From Cycas panzhihuaensis (taxonomy: Eukaryota > Plantae > Cycadophyta), in the NCBI GenBank assembly GCA_023213395.1, contig CM041465.1, forward strand, positions 210,125,741-210,189,740: a DNA stretch of 64,000 nucleotides, written 5' to 3'. Shown here in pieces: positions 12,534-25,300 of this stretch (position 1 is the first letter of the stretch; the number at the start of each line of letters is the position of its first letter). Position numbers and translations under genes: made by a program. Below the pieces are notes generated by a model that was not told where the DNA came from, made no database searches, and was given only the letters and a program-made list of their open reading frames with translations.

Positions 12534-15452
12534 TTTGAATGAAATATCAAAATATTAAATCTAAATATTAAAAAAAATATTTAAATTTAAAAATTTTAAA
12601 AAGGTGTAAACATAAAATTTATTTCTAAATATATTCCAAAGTTTTCCCAAAGTTTTGAATAAGTGAACTAGGACCTATAAAGGCTACTAGGCTCTAAGTT
12701 TAAGTTTCTCCTAGGGCAACCTTCGATCGTTAGTCTATCTAGTAGCGCCTGCCCACAGATGGAAAAACAGGGACCCAATATACCGGTACGTGAGCACTAG
12801 GCTCTATATATCTCAGTACACAAGCTACTAAGAAGGCTTTTACACCTCCTTGAATTGTTAGTCCACGTGCGCCAGACTTATGCCTAACGATAGATCTAGT
12901 GATAAAGGTTCTCGAACCAAAGCACTCACCCTCTCCAGGTCTAGCCTTAGTATCCAAACACCATAAAATGAACAGGTTCTACAACTCAGCCTGCCACCGA
13001 TTACATCTGATAGCTAATGGCTGTCCTCATCCAATATGAGTAGGCCGATTGGCGTGTGTAGGGTGGTAACTTCAGGGGTCTTAATTGTTCCCCTTACAAC
13101 GCTGGAAAAATATGGTGGTTCAATTCAAAATTATCTTATTTAATGTGAAAATTAAACTAATTAGCAATGTGGTCTTACTTAGAAAAAAAAGTTCCTTTGA
13201 TATAATAAAAAAAAAACTAGAAAGTAAAATAATATGCTCTAAGCAAGATGAAATAAATAATAAACTTTTGAAATGAATAAAATCTTATTTTTTTCAAAAA
13301 ATATAATACTCTTCAAATGGATGAAATATGCCTTTGAAAATAAAATAAATTAAATGCAATTTTTATAAGTGCAAGAAAAAGATGATATTTTTCAATAATA
13401 ATAAATAAAAAAATAAAAAACTTTTAATAAATGTATACTTTTCAAATAAATGACACACTTGTGATATAAGATTTCAAATACACTTTTGAAGTATAATGAT
13501 AAATAAGAAAACTTTCAATAATTATGCGTTTTAAAGTAAACTTTAAAATATGAATATAACAAGAATCCTTTTCACTTATACAAAGCTGAAATAAACTTGA
13601 AATATAAAGAGTTTTCAACCTTTAATTTCTCAAATGAGTAAACATAAATCTTCAATGCAAGAAAAAATGACTTTCTTTTTTAGTATATAAAAAAAACTTT
13701 ACCTTGAGGAAGATATATACAGCTGAGAAATGAAATATATGTATGTATATTTTTAGTTGCTTTATAAATAATTTCTGTTACTAAACAACTTAAAAATACT
13801 TATATGAAGGTCAAGTAGAAACCTTGAACATATATTATGAACAACCAATGAGAAATAAAATAGAATTTTTTAAAAAAAATTTGAAGGGCAAGCCTATTAG
13901 GATGTACTTGTATGCTCAACTTTGATAGCTTGAAAACTACTAAACAATGTCAAAATAACTTGAGATTGTACCAATATGTAGATTAATAAAATATGAATCT
14001 AATAGAACTGACCATTTTGAAAACGGGTTCCAATAAGTCAAGATTTGAATGATTTAAAGGTACAGACCTCCTTTTGAGGCCTAACAGGAGCAAGAAGCTC
14101 AAAATTGCATAAAATTACTAATAAAACTATAGAAAATGTTGAAAACTGATCAAATATGTTTTGTAAAACTACTAAATATATGCGAAAAATGACAGATTAA
14201 GGTTATTAAGTAGTCCAACTTTAATGGATTTGAAAATAAGTAAAAACACCTTCAAATGTATGAAAAACTATGTCAGTTCGAAGGGGAATGAGTTAGCTTC
14301 CCAACGAAACTGATGAAACTGAATTTGGATGTCAAATAGAAAAGTTATAGTAAAAACAGTAACAAGTACCTTTATGTATAAATGTTAAAAAAAGTTAAAA
14401 ACTACTAAAATGTCAATTTCAACGATTAAAATAATGATTAAAATAAATTCTAAAAAATAAAATAAAATATGGTTAATGAAGTTTGTTGAACGTAGATCAA
14501 TGTAGAATAAATCTAGGTAGAAAATAGTTTTTCGATAATAAAATACAATCAGTTCAAAAAATGATTTTGTAAAAAGTTAGAAAAAGGCTAAAAAATGGGC
14601 TAATTGACTTTAAATCAACTGAAACGGGGTCAAGTCAGCACCAAATTAGTCATATGACCAGTCAAAATTATTCTACAGAAAACTTCTGATCTAATGAAGC
14701 TGGTTTTGTTTGAAACCGGTGAGCCAATGAGGAGTTATGGAAAAAAAAAAAATGCCAATAACCCTATATAAAATTAAAAAATAAAAAATAACAAGTTTTT
14801 AAAAAGTTCGTTAGCCCCTTTGCAATGGCTAACAGTCACGTGGGAATGATCTTATGACCAGGGGATATTATCAGAAGGGGTTATATTCTTTAAGTGGTCG
14901 GATTTCAAATTTTATGTAATAAAATTAAATTTTTGTAACTTTATATAAAAAAACATGTAAAAAACATAATAGTTTGAGAGCAAATGGCTGCCGCCATGTA
15001 TGTACAACCGAGACGCACCTATTCAAATGAAGAATATACCAAAAAGAGATTCAATATGAAGAGTCTATCAAACAAAATAAATATATTATATATATATATG
15101 TATATATAAATAAATAAATAAATAACGGTAAATGAGATAATGCATTGCGTAAATGAAGGGCCTCTCACACTTCCGCTGCGTTGGATTGCCACACACAGAG
15201 ACAACAAACAGCTGCTGAGTCCTCTTATTAAAGTAAAATATATTTAAAAAAAGAGAACGGCTATAAGGAGAAGAATAAAAAATGCTACACAGAGAAGCTG
15301 GAACGGATACTATTGTTGTATTGGCTCAAAATCAATCAAAAAATGCCTGCCGATATTCCAGTCGAAGGACGCGAGTCCGATCTCGCTGCAACTACTCTTG
15401 AGAATCCCGCGGAAGACGTTGAAAACGTTGGAACTGCTCTTGAGAATCCTGC

Positions 15453-15563
15453 GGAAGGCATGGACTTGTGCAAGCAGCTTATATAGCAAAGGACTTGCGG
15501 GAAATTCTGGGTATCCAAGGGATGAATGTGCATATACAGGAAGCAGATCTAGCCACTTCACCA
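15453..15563 (+). pseudogene. MFDR: Captured fragment 1 of mitochondrial NADPH:adrenodoxin (ferredoxin) reductase
   Basis: [37 protein letters not shown] matches GRRGPVQAACTAKELREILGI...+HI.E.DL..+P. Confidence 0.85.
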
Positions 15564-15773
15564 CTTTTTAGGTTTGATAAAAATGACAGGAAGCGATTAT
15601 TCCACTTGATGAATGGACTTCCTACAATATTTGAGGTTGTTGCTAGAGCTTCAAAGAAGCAAGTAAAAGAAAGATCTATTGTGACCAACAATAGTACTAG
15701 CAAAACGAAGTCTGGGGGAAAGGTGCGAGCATCTAAATCTCAACCAAAAATTTCCAAGTTATCATCACCCAAA
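15564..15773 (+). pseudogene. Captured fragment of an Alfin-like PHD protein (end of PAL domain plus linker)
   Basis: [55 protein letters not shown] matches [32 protein letters not shown]+S.V.N. Confidence 0.9.
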
Positions 15774-15980
15774 GATGAGGAGGAAATGAAAAAAAGTAGA
15801 AGTCAGAGGCATGTATATGAGCTATTTTGCAAGATTGCTAGATCAACGTCTTGCCAACAAATCTCAGCTCCTGAACGTGACCTCCACTTTGTTTTCTTCA
15901 GAAAGCCAGAAAATATTTTACACTCTATTGATGAAAGAAGAGTGGCTGAAGTGCGCTTGGAGAAGAATGTTTTGAAAGGA
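15774..15980 (+). pseudogene. MFDR: Captured fragment 2 of adrenodoxin reductase, continuing fragment 1
   Basis: [20 protein letters not shown]...[16 protein letters not shown]...[13 protein letters not shown] matches DEEEMK.SRI.RRVYELLSK...[12 protein letters not shown]. Confidence 0.87.
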
Positions 15981-16794
15981 GAACGGCTGTCGAGGGAGAG
16001 ATGATTTAACTCAATCTCAATGGCTCCCACGGTGAAGGCAATAACAAAGAAAAAAGACAGCCAAGAACGAAGGGGTGGCGAGGTGCGTGGAGAAATTGCA
16101 AACCCGAAAGGGTAGACCTTCGTCTATCAGACTACTGGCGTCCCCCAAATATTTGGGGGCGGGCTAAGATGTGCGTGGAGCCTTTGTTCAGATCTTGGCA
16201 AAATAACTGGCCAAACTTACAGTGATGCACCTACTGCTTAACCAACAGAACGGGGCTTACAACCACCGTTGCCCAATTTGCTTAGAATGACTGTGAAGAG
16301 AATGGCTTCCAGAAAACCAACAAAAATATATGTGCAAATTATAATTTATATAAGATGGGTGTAGGATTAATTATATTTGACAGGTAATGAAGGGGGGAAG
16401 AACGGCTCCATGGTAGACAATGGAAGATAGACAAGCTTTGGTTTATAGAACAGATCTAAAGAAACGCCTTACAGCACAGCCACCAAACAAAAAATGGTCC
16501 TTTGAATATATTGACGAAGATATATTAAATAAATAGCAAAATATATATTTGTATTTAGAAAAAAAACACGAAGAACCTGGTAAACTTGTTTGCAATGCTG
16601 AAGAACCTGGTAAACTGGTTTATAATACTGGCTTCAAAGCATGACAACGTCTTGCACAATGGACGAAACTCCAAACCGTTTTCTCCAATGAGCAGGTGTG
16701 TTTGCTAGGATCTCAACTAGTAGTCATATGCAAGTGTTTTGCTGAATATATGAGAAGCTAAATCGAATATGAGCAAAATATCAACTCCAACCTT

Positions 16795-16806
16795 GCTCTG
16801 ATACCA
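16795..16806 (-). promoter_or_regulatory. PBS, tRNA-Met(i)
   Basis: Reverse complement is a perfect TGGTATCAGAGC. Confidence 0.92.
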
Positions 16807-16808
16807 AA

Positions 16809-17156
16809 TGATGGAGCTGGAGGAGCAAAGCAAGACTTTAAAATGAGAGAATTTTGAGTATAATGGTGATTTCCGATAATTGGCGGTGTTGATAAACACC
16901 TGGGAGGTATTCCTATCTCTTAAATAATGAATTCCGGGGAGGCGTCGAGCGCCATCACCCTAGCTGCACATTAACCAATGTAAATTCAAAATATATTAAA
17001 AATTTAACAATAATAAATGAAATACATACCTCAAGAAAGTGGTGTTAGGTTCAAGCCGTTGTTAAGTGGCTCAAGGTGCCCTAGGGGCCCTTAAAGGTGG
17101 CTTTGAGGGGCCCTAAGCGCACAGGTGCACTTACCACATTGAGAGTATTCCCAACA
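16809..17156 (-). repeat. Copia 5' LTR
   Basis: TG...CA ends, adjacent PBS, matches 7938-8286. Confidence 0.93.
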
Positions 17157-20100
17157 AAATCTTCCTCAACATCTTTCCTATAAATAGGGGCATCCCTAAA
17201 TAAATAGTGGGTAGTTTTCAAATAGGAATATCTAGGATTCTATTGATTTTCCTTTACATCATTTCTTTGATGTTCACAAAAAAGATGCTACTCTTATTCA
17301 AATTTATCTTTTGATTCATAGCTCTCTTGAAATTCTCAAGCCCTACTTTTATAGTCTGAGCTTTACTAAGGGTAGCCTTCCTTAATAGAATATTATCATC
17401 TATGAATTGGTGATGGACGGTATTAGCAATTTTAGAGGTAAGCTTAATCCTCTCTACCACTCCCTTTCTCCTAGCCTCCTCTATCACTCTTCCTAATAAC
17501 TCTACCATAATTATAAATAGATAAGGGGATAGAGGATCTCCTTGTCGAATCCCTCTATGCTTGGGAAAAAACTTGTCGAGGTGCCATTAATTATAACAGA
17601 GTATTAGGGCTTAGAAATATAGTTGACCACCCACTCCCTCCATAAGTCTCTAAAGCCAAATGCTTGGAGACACTCCATTAGATAGTTCCATGACACCCTA
17701 TTATAAGCTTTAGACATATCAATCTTAACTATCATCCCTGGTTTCTTCCTCTGATGGGCAGAGTGGATCATTTCATATATTACTATGATGCCATCCAGGA
17801 TTTGTCTCCCTTTCACGAAACTATCTCGATTAAGAGAAACAATCAAGGGAAGAATAATCTTTAGTCTATTTGCCAATGCTTTTGCTAGGATCTTATATTT
17901 CACATTATAGAGGATAATTGGCCTAAACTCCTCTATCAACTTCGTACCTTCCTTTTTTGAAATCAACATTAGAAAAGTGGCTTGCCACTCTCCCAACATT
18001 TTCTTATTCTCTTAAAACTCACTTAGGGCCTTCATTAAATATTCTTTTATAATATCCCAGTATTCCTGAAAGAAGTATGGAGGAAAGCCATTCGAACTTA
18101 GCGCTTTATCCTTTTTCATCCTGAAAACTGCCCTTTTTACTTCCTGAAGTGAGAACAGTGCCTTTAAAAATATGTTCTACTCATCATCCACCAACTTGGG
18201 GATTAAGTTCATAAACTCTTGCCTGGTCATTATGTCTTGACAACCATGCTCCTCAAATAAGTCCTTAAAATACTTTATCACTATATTCTTAATATCTTTC
18301 CCTTTGTTGGTTTCTTCTCCTTCTCTATTGTACAATTTATTTATTTAGTTACAGGCCATGTGCTTTAAGGTCGTCATGTAGAAGAACTTAGTAGTCCTTT
18401 CCCCCTTCACCAACAAGAGGGCCCTCAACTTCTGTCTCTAGAAAATCTCTTCTTTAATCAGGACTTCCTCAAAATTTCTTAAGAGATCTCTCTCAGCTTG
18501 ATCCAAGATCCGGTATCTTCCCTCTAGTTGGATCCTTGCCTCTATGCTTTTTAGCTCTTTAACTATCTAAAACTTGGCTTTAAAAATATTCCCATGAACC
18601 TTTTTGTTCCACTCTTTCACCTGTCTTTTCATCCAACTTAGTTTTTTCAAAAACCTATACATTATGCACCCCTCAATCAAAATCTTCCATGACTAATTAA
18701 TTAGATCCTTAAGACCTAGATGCTTTGTCCATATTAGTTTGAACCAAAAAGGAGTGTCTATATGTTTCTTAGTAATATCAGAGTCTAACAATAATGGGAA
18801 ATTATATGACACTATCTTAGGAAGCACTTCTAACTTGATGTCATTATGATGGTTGGCCCATACATAATTTATCATCATCCTATCTAGCCTTACCTGTATA
18901 TGGTGATTCCCTAATCTCCTATTTGACTAGGTGTATTTTATCCCCCTAAGATGAATATCCATTAAACCTCTTTTTCGAAGAAAATCTCCTAGGACCATCA
19001 TACTCTTTGTCCACCCCTCTTGTCCCCTTTTTTTCTCTCTAGGGGATACGATAATATTGAAATCTCCAATGACAAGCCATGGACCTTGCCAATCTTTATG
19101 GAGCTCCAAAATCTTGTCCCAAAGGATTTTCTTGCCTTTCACAGATGTAGGAGTATAATATTAATTACCAGCCATTGAAGGTTTGTCTTTCTATAAGTTA
19201 ACCATATGGAAATGAAATGGTCATCCAAAACATAAGCCTCTCCCTGCCATTCCTTTGGGTTCCAGAGAACAACTAACCCCCCTGAACCTTGTCACACATC
19301 ATTGCCATCTCCATTGTCCTCTAAATCTTATTTTTGATAGCTACCTTATTATCAAATGATAATTTAGTTTCTTAAAGTAGGATTATATTTGGTTCCAGTC
19401 TCATACATAAATCTTTCACTACTCTCTGCTTTGAGGGGGCATTTATACCCCTAATAATCGATGAAGCGATCTTCAGTTTTTACTCTTTAACCTCAGGCCC
19501 TCTCCTCCTCCCTCCCTTAGGGTACACTAGCTCCCCTAATCAACTTAGGTTGCTACCTTCCTTTCCCTAACCATATTTAGGGTGGTTCTACCTATCCTTT
19601 TTTCACCTCCTAGATCTGGGCCCCTATGCAAGCCCACTCCCCTCTGCTCCTCCTGTGAGTCTTTCTCTCTAATTTTTCTAGATCTATCTTCCTTCTCCAA
19701 CGCCTCCTAACTTCCTACTATACTAAATGGTTTACCTTAAGGATATTTAACCATATCCTCTAGAGCTCTAGAGGATTCAACCCCCTCCTTTAACTCCTCT
19801 AGCAGTGGCTCTTGATTGCTTTTCTCTCCCCTCTCTTATTGGGAACGTTCCTCACCTTCCTAAAAAAGGGAGTTCTCAACATCCAGATTAATTTCATCCA
19901 CCACACCTTCAATCTCCCTAGGGGTGCAAATATGCCTCTTTATTTCCTGGGTTAGCTCTACCTCCTTCTCTTCTCCCTCTCCCTTCTTTATCTCCCCTGG
20001 ATAATTTTGAGGAACATGGTCATACCGTTTATAAACTGAACGTCTAACATTATCTAGTTTGTAGACTAAACTTTGTTCCTAGCTCCATTCCTCGGTTTCA

Positions 20101-21171
20101 ATTATTACTCAATTCAGAAGAGATTTATCCAATTTAGCTAAAATGCAGAATTTGGCATTTATCAATTTAGTCATGTTCTTTGTTGCTGAGTTAATAGCTA
20201 ATAAAGGTCTTATAGCTTTCACTACCTCCTTAATCACATCTAGATCCTACACTTGAAGAGGAAACCTCATCATCTGGACCCATACAAGGATCTATTTTAT
20301 AGTTGACACCTTCAGGTTAAAATTTAGGTGCCATTTTCCAAGAAAATGGCTTTTTTACCAAAAATCCAAGTTGATTTCAGGAGGATGTTGACCATGTCTT
20401 CTTGATTTGTGAATTTAAATAGAACACCCTTGGGGAGTTCCATAACCTCCACTTGGTTCCTGATCCTCCATCTATTAACTAACCATTTTCTTATGGGGTC
20501 TAAGCTAGGTCTTGGCCCTAAGAATCTACCCACCAAGCTATGCTCCTAATATTTCTTAGTCTGCTTAGTTAATTTCTTCAGGATGAGGATTTTAATAATG
20601 TCATCTTGAATGATAGGGTTTATATCTAAGGGTTATGATTCACCATTCTTTAAGACTTCCAAATAAGATCTCCTAAAAGGGGACTTTTGAGTCTAATTAG
20701 ATATATTTGTTTCTGCCATATTCACCATGAAAAATGTGGCCTAACTATAAAAAACATTAATGAAATCAACCAGACAAAATACCAAATAAGCACCACATCT
20801 CACCTAGAATTAAATTTTCTAGAACTTCAGCTAATAAAGCATTCAATCTATCTGTCCTTACTTCATATTTCTGGCCTTCAACAAACTACTTTTTAGGCCT
20901 TAGCAGGAACCCTAAGGATTGCCCATCTCCTAAGCCTTTCCACTTAGCATCTCCATCTTATGTGTTACCTCCTCGAATCCCCACATTCAAACCTAGATTA
21001 ATCTATTCAGAATGCTAAATGCTATTGCGCCACCCAGATACTAGCCACAGCTTGAGAGTGCTTTGCTCACTGCTAGCCCTTATGCCTTCAAACCCTAGCC
21101 ATCGCTTGTGAGTCCTTCGTGTAATGCTCATCCATAATTCTACAAAACTTCTACGATAAGATCATGATTTC

Positions 21172-21857
21172 CTTATGCATAACCAAGCACAACTATATTT
21201 ACCAAAACAATAATTAACAAGGAGGAAGCTAAAAATACAACTTCTAAGATACAAGCCATTCAAAATAATATAGCAAATAAGGACCAATCCTTTAAACTTA
21301 AACTATCACCATACATGGGTATGCATCTAATCTTTAATATAAACAGTCTTAAGTTATATGAACCTTAAATGTTGGACAAGGTAGAAAAAGAAGTAGCCCT
21401 AATATTGCTTGAAGGACTTATTTTTGAATATACAACCATACTATAAGCAACTTATATCCTCCAAACTAAAGAATGAATAGCATGATAAGGGCAAGTGATA
21501 TTCTATAAAGTAGGTAAGAAAGATTAACTAACATAGTTTGGAAAATGGTATACCAAGGAATAAATAGTAAAAGAATTCATAAAAATTCATCAACAAATGA
21601 ATGCTGGGGTTTATCATTCCTACAAATGGGAAAGATGAGCTAGAACAAAGTCTAGAAAAACTTATAATAAGAGATAAAGTAACTATTGTTAAAGCGATCA
21701 ATGATGAAAGGCTAGATACTAAGTGATATTAATCACTAACTTACATCTAGAAAAAGAAAAATAATCTTGTAACAAACCAAAGGTCACTAGAACAAGAAAG
21801 AATAAAAAGTAAAGAGTCCAAGAGACAAGTATGGGTTTGCCTATAAAAATAACAAAG
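21172..21857 (+). mobile_element. Degenerate Gypsy integrase C-terminus and start of its 3' LTR (~21636); LTR resumes ~27570-27740
   Basis: Remnant of KL..LRY.PFKII..I..N.FKL.L.PYMGMH.IFN..SLKLYEP; purine tract ~21625-21635; CTATAAATAG in the resumed part. Confidence 0.6.
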
Positions 21858-22349
21858 TGTAGGATGCCCTTTCTCTCTTCTAAAATTAACTTCCATTCAT
21901 GATAGTCATATATCTATATACTCTCTGTTTAAAAAATTAACTTCATCTCTTCTAAAACAAACTTCCAATTCATGATAATTATTATATTTGTATACTCTCT
22001 ATTTAAAAAACTGACTTCCATTCATGGCATTTATTACATATATACTTAGGGCTTCCTGACCCATTTATAATAATCATTTTTAGAAGAGATTCAAGGTTGC
22101 CATTTTTAGCTTCTAGTTGGAGACCACAATTGGAGGGTATCTTGCCTTGAAGAGGGGATTTGTTGTAAGATTTAATAATTGTTATTTTCATTTGATACTA
22201 ATTTCACAAGGATTATTTAGTGCATTTGTAGAGATTTACTTTAGATTTGTGCATTCATGGATCTTTATTTTTGTTATAAATTACTTTAAATAACATGTAT
22301 AGGTGTCATTTTGTTGATTTGGGTGTGAGTTCCAATTGGAGTTCCCATA
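21858..22349 (+). repeat. 5' LTR with an internal ~75-bp tandem duplication
   Basis: Matches 27068-27564; the TCTCTTCTAAAA...TTCATGATA unit recurs in both LTRs. Confidence 0.88.
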
Positions 22350-25300
22350 AGTGGTATTAGAGCTTCATTGTTAAGGGTATTGAGTTGGAAAAGAATTTTA
22401 AAAAATCCTAATTTTTAGACATACAGTAACTACCCCTACAACCATTCCATCTACAAACACAATTATTTTTTGTAAGTTGCATACTATTTTTAGCCAAAAA
22501 AGGCACTCTAGAAGCGAATTTCATAATGCAAATAACTAAACTTTTTCCAAGTGTAAAATTAAGATGTAGCAAGACACTAGTAACTAAACAAAATTATGAA
22601 CCATCAGTTAATCACAATAGAGGATATCAATAGAAGAATAGATGACCTAAATGACTACATGATTCAAAGACATAACCAACTATGGAAAGTGGTAACTAAT
22701 AAATTCAAGGAATTTGTAAAGTAATTTATTGGCAAAAATAAGGCCTTGTAAATAAAAGGATTAATAGAAACTCTAAAGCTTGAAGGTAATAATAAGAATA
22801 AAGACTTTTATCATGGAGAAAATTATTACTATGACAATGAAGAAATAGAAAAAAGAGATAAACTTAGACCCAACTATCATCTTAAGAACTCCAAATTCCT
22901 TTCAAAGAAATTTGACCCTGATAAGTCAAGGGATATCCAAAGCTAGATTATCTAGATAAATCTATATTTTCAAATGCAACTAGGATTGGTAAAAGATAAA
23001 ATATTGGTTGTATCCCTTCATTTATGTAGGAAAGTAATCAAATGGTTTTATTGGTGGAACAAGAATTATTGTGGAACAAATCACTATAATAGGGATTTCC
23101 TAAAATCTTTATTAATAAAATAGCACGAGGACACTTGTTGTAAGGATTATTTCTCCTTACTAATATGGTTATAATAAACTAATTATCTAAGCATATAGAA
23201 AAAAATTTTAAAATCTACAAAGGATGATAACATCACAAATTGACCTATACTTATTACTAGAAGTGTATATTGGAGGCCTCAAAAGCACTATCAGATTCTA
23301 GCTTAAAACACTAAATGTAAGATCTATGAGGGAGCTAATTCTTCTAGCATGTAATATAGAAGCTAAATTCTAAGAAGCAAGATAGTATTATGTATGACAA
23401 AATAATCGCTCTAGACCTACATGAAATGGCAATAGATCCAATTGGCAACAACTTGAGAGAAAGGCCAATCCACCTTTAAGAAAACAAAAGGAAGGCAATG
23501 TTGTAGAAAATAGGTTGTCAAAGGTAGAACACCTTTAAAGAGGAACATATGTTAATTACAATGACAAATGGAGTCATGATCATAAATGTCTAGCAAAGAA
23601 AGTCTTTATGCTTAATAATGAAGACATGGATGTGCCAATACAAGAGGAGCAACTATAGGAAGGGCAATCACTAATGGAGGATGAAGCAAAAATAGAGGAG
23701 TTACTAAATGAAATAGATCTTGAGAATGTGTAACTATCAATACAAGCAATCACAAGAATAATAAATATATATCAAACAACACATTTTGAAGGGAGCATTA
23801 TGAATGCCAAAGTATCAATCTTAGTTGATAGTGGCAATACACATAATTTTATTAATAGGTAAATGAGAGTTAAATTGGGACTCCAAGTCAAACCAGTAAA
23901 ACAATTCCAAGCAACAATTACTAATGGTAATAATATACCATGTAGAGGTTTTTGTGATAAGGTATACCTTTAGATCCTTGAATACTTATTAATCACATGC
24001 ATATTTTCCATACTTCTTAGAGGTATCAATATAGTGCTAGTCATACAATGGTTCTAAAACTTAGGAAATATAGTCACTAATTATAGAACATGCTTCATGA
24101 GTTTCTTCCAAAAATGGCACAAATACAAATTGCAAGCATCACCCATATCCCCCTCACAACTAGTCCTATATCACTGCATGGAAAATGTACTTAAGAAAAA
24201 TCTCTTAGTATATCTAATTACCTACTATAAGATCTTAATACAAGATATCCCATATGAAATTCAAGTTATCATAGACTAACATAATAAAATCTTTTAAAAC
24301 ATCCCCAGAGAGCTTACCCTACCTCATGGCAATGAGCATGTAACACATTTAGAACCTAGAGTTGCACCCATAAACATCTAGTCTTACACATATCCATACC
24401 ACTTCAAGAAGGAAATCAAACAAATCACTAAGGATTTACCTTAATAAAGGGCCATCATGTCTAGTTCTAATCCTTTTGCCTTTATAGTTATTCAGATCAA
24501 GAAAAAGAATGGATCATATTAAATGTATGCAGTTGTCATACTCTAAATAAAATAACAATAAAAAATAGATATTTGATACCATATATTAATGATTTATAGA
24601 TGAATTACATGGCACAAGTTCTTCTTTAGGATTGACCTCCGCTTTGGATATTATTAAATTCATATCAAAGATAAGGATGTATACAAGATAACATTTTATA
24701 CGCACAAAGGATAATTTGAATTTTGGGTTATGCCATTAAGGTTAATTTATGCATATGTAACCTTCTAATGCACTATGGATATAATATTTAATCCATTTAT
24801 AAAAAAAATTATCCTAGTATTTTTTGATGGCATTCTAATCTATAATCAAACATAAGAACATTTGTGGGAAGTACTACAGATTCTAGAAAAAAAAAATCTT
24901 TATAAACAAGTCAAAATGAACTTTTGGATAAATATAATTAGAATATTAGGGCCATATCATCACCTAAGACAGAGTCAAGATGGATCCCAAAAAGGTCCAA
25001 GCCATTATAAATTGGACTATACCAATGAATGCCATAGGTTTCATAAGTTTTCTAGGACCCACCAAATTCCTATGGAATTTTATTAACGGATATGCAAGCA
25101 TAGCAATACCCTTGATTGATCTCATAAAGAAGGAAACATTTAGTTAACATAATCTAGTAGAAAAGTCTTTCTAAGGATTAAAGAATACCATGCTCATAAT
25201 CCTCATCGTAGCCATGCCAAACTTCTATGAATTGTTCATCATGGAACGAGATGCATCTAAAGTAAGGTTAGGAATAATTCTTCTTTAAAACCAATGACAC

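Larger units (their letters stand above)
7938..17156 (-). mobile_element. Complete Ty1/Copia element (9.2 kb) inserted in the LINE RT region
   Basis: TSD AAATC at 7933-7937 and 17157-17161; removing the element restores LINE GKMLRKIWNPIID. LTRs 7938-8286 and 16809-17156; PBS 16795-16806; PPT 8287-8295. Confidence 0.95.
5876..21154 (-). mobile_element. Full-length L1-clade LINE (~6.05 kb without the Copia insert): ORF1 DUF4283, then APE-RT-zf-RVT-RNase H
   Basis: 17-bp TSD GATAAGATCATGATTTC at 5859-5875 and 21155-21171; poly(A) seen as a T-run at 5876-5883. ORF1 VGRFLGPRPSLDPIRKW ~20324-20680; APE WLVIGDFN ~19070; RT KIDMSKAYNRVSW and HHQFIDD ~17400-17750; RNase H VKINFDGA ~6500. Confidence 0.93.
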
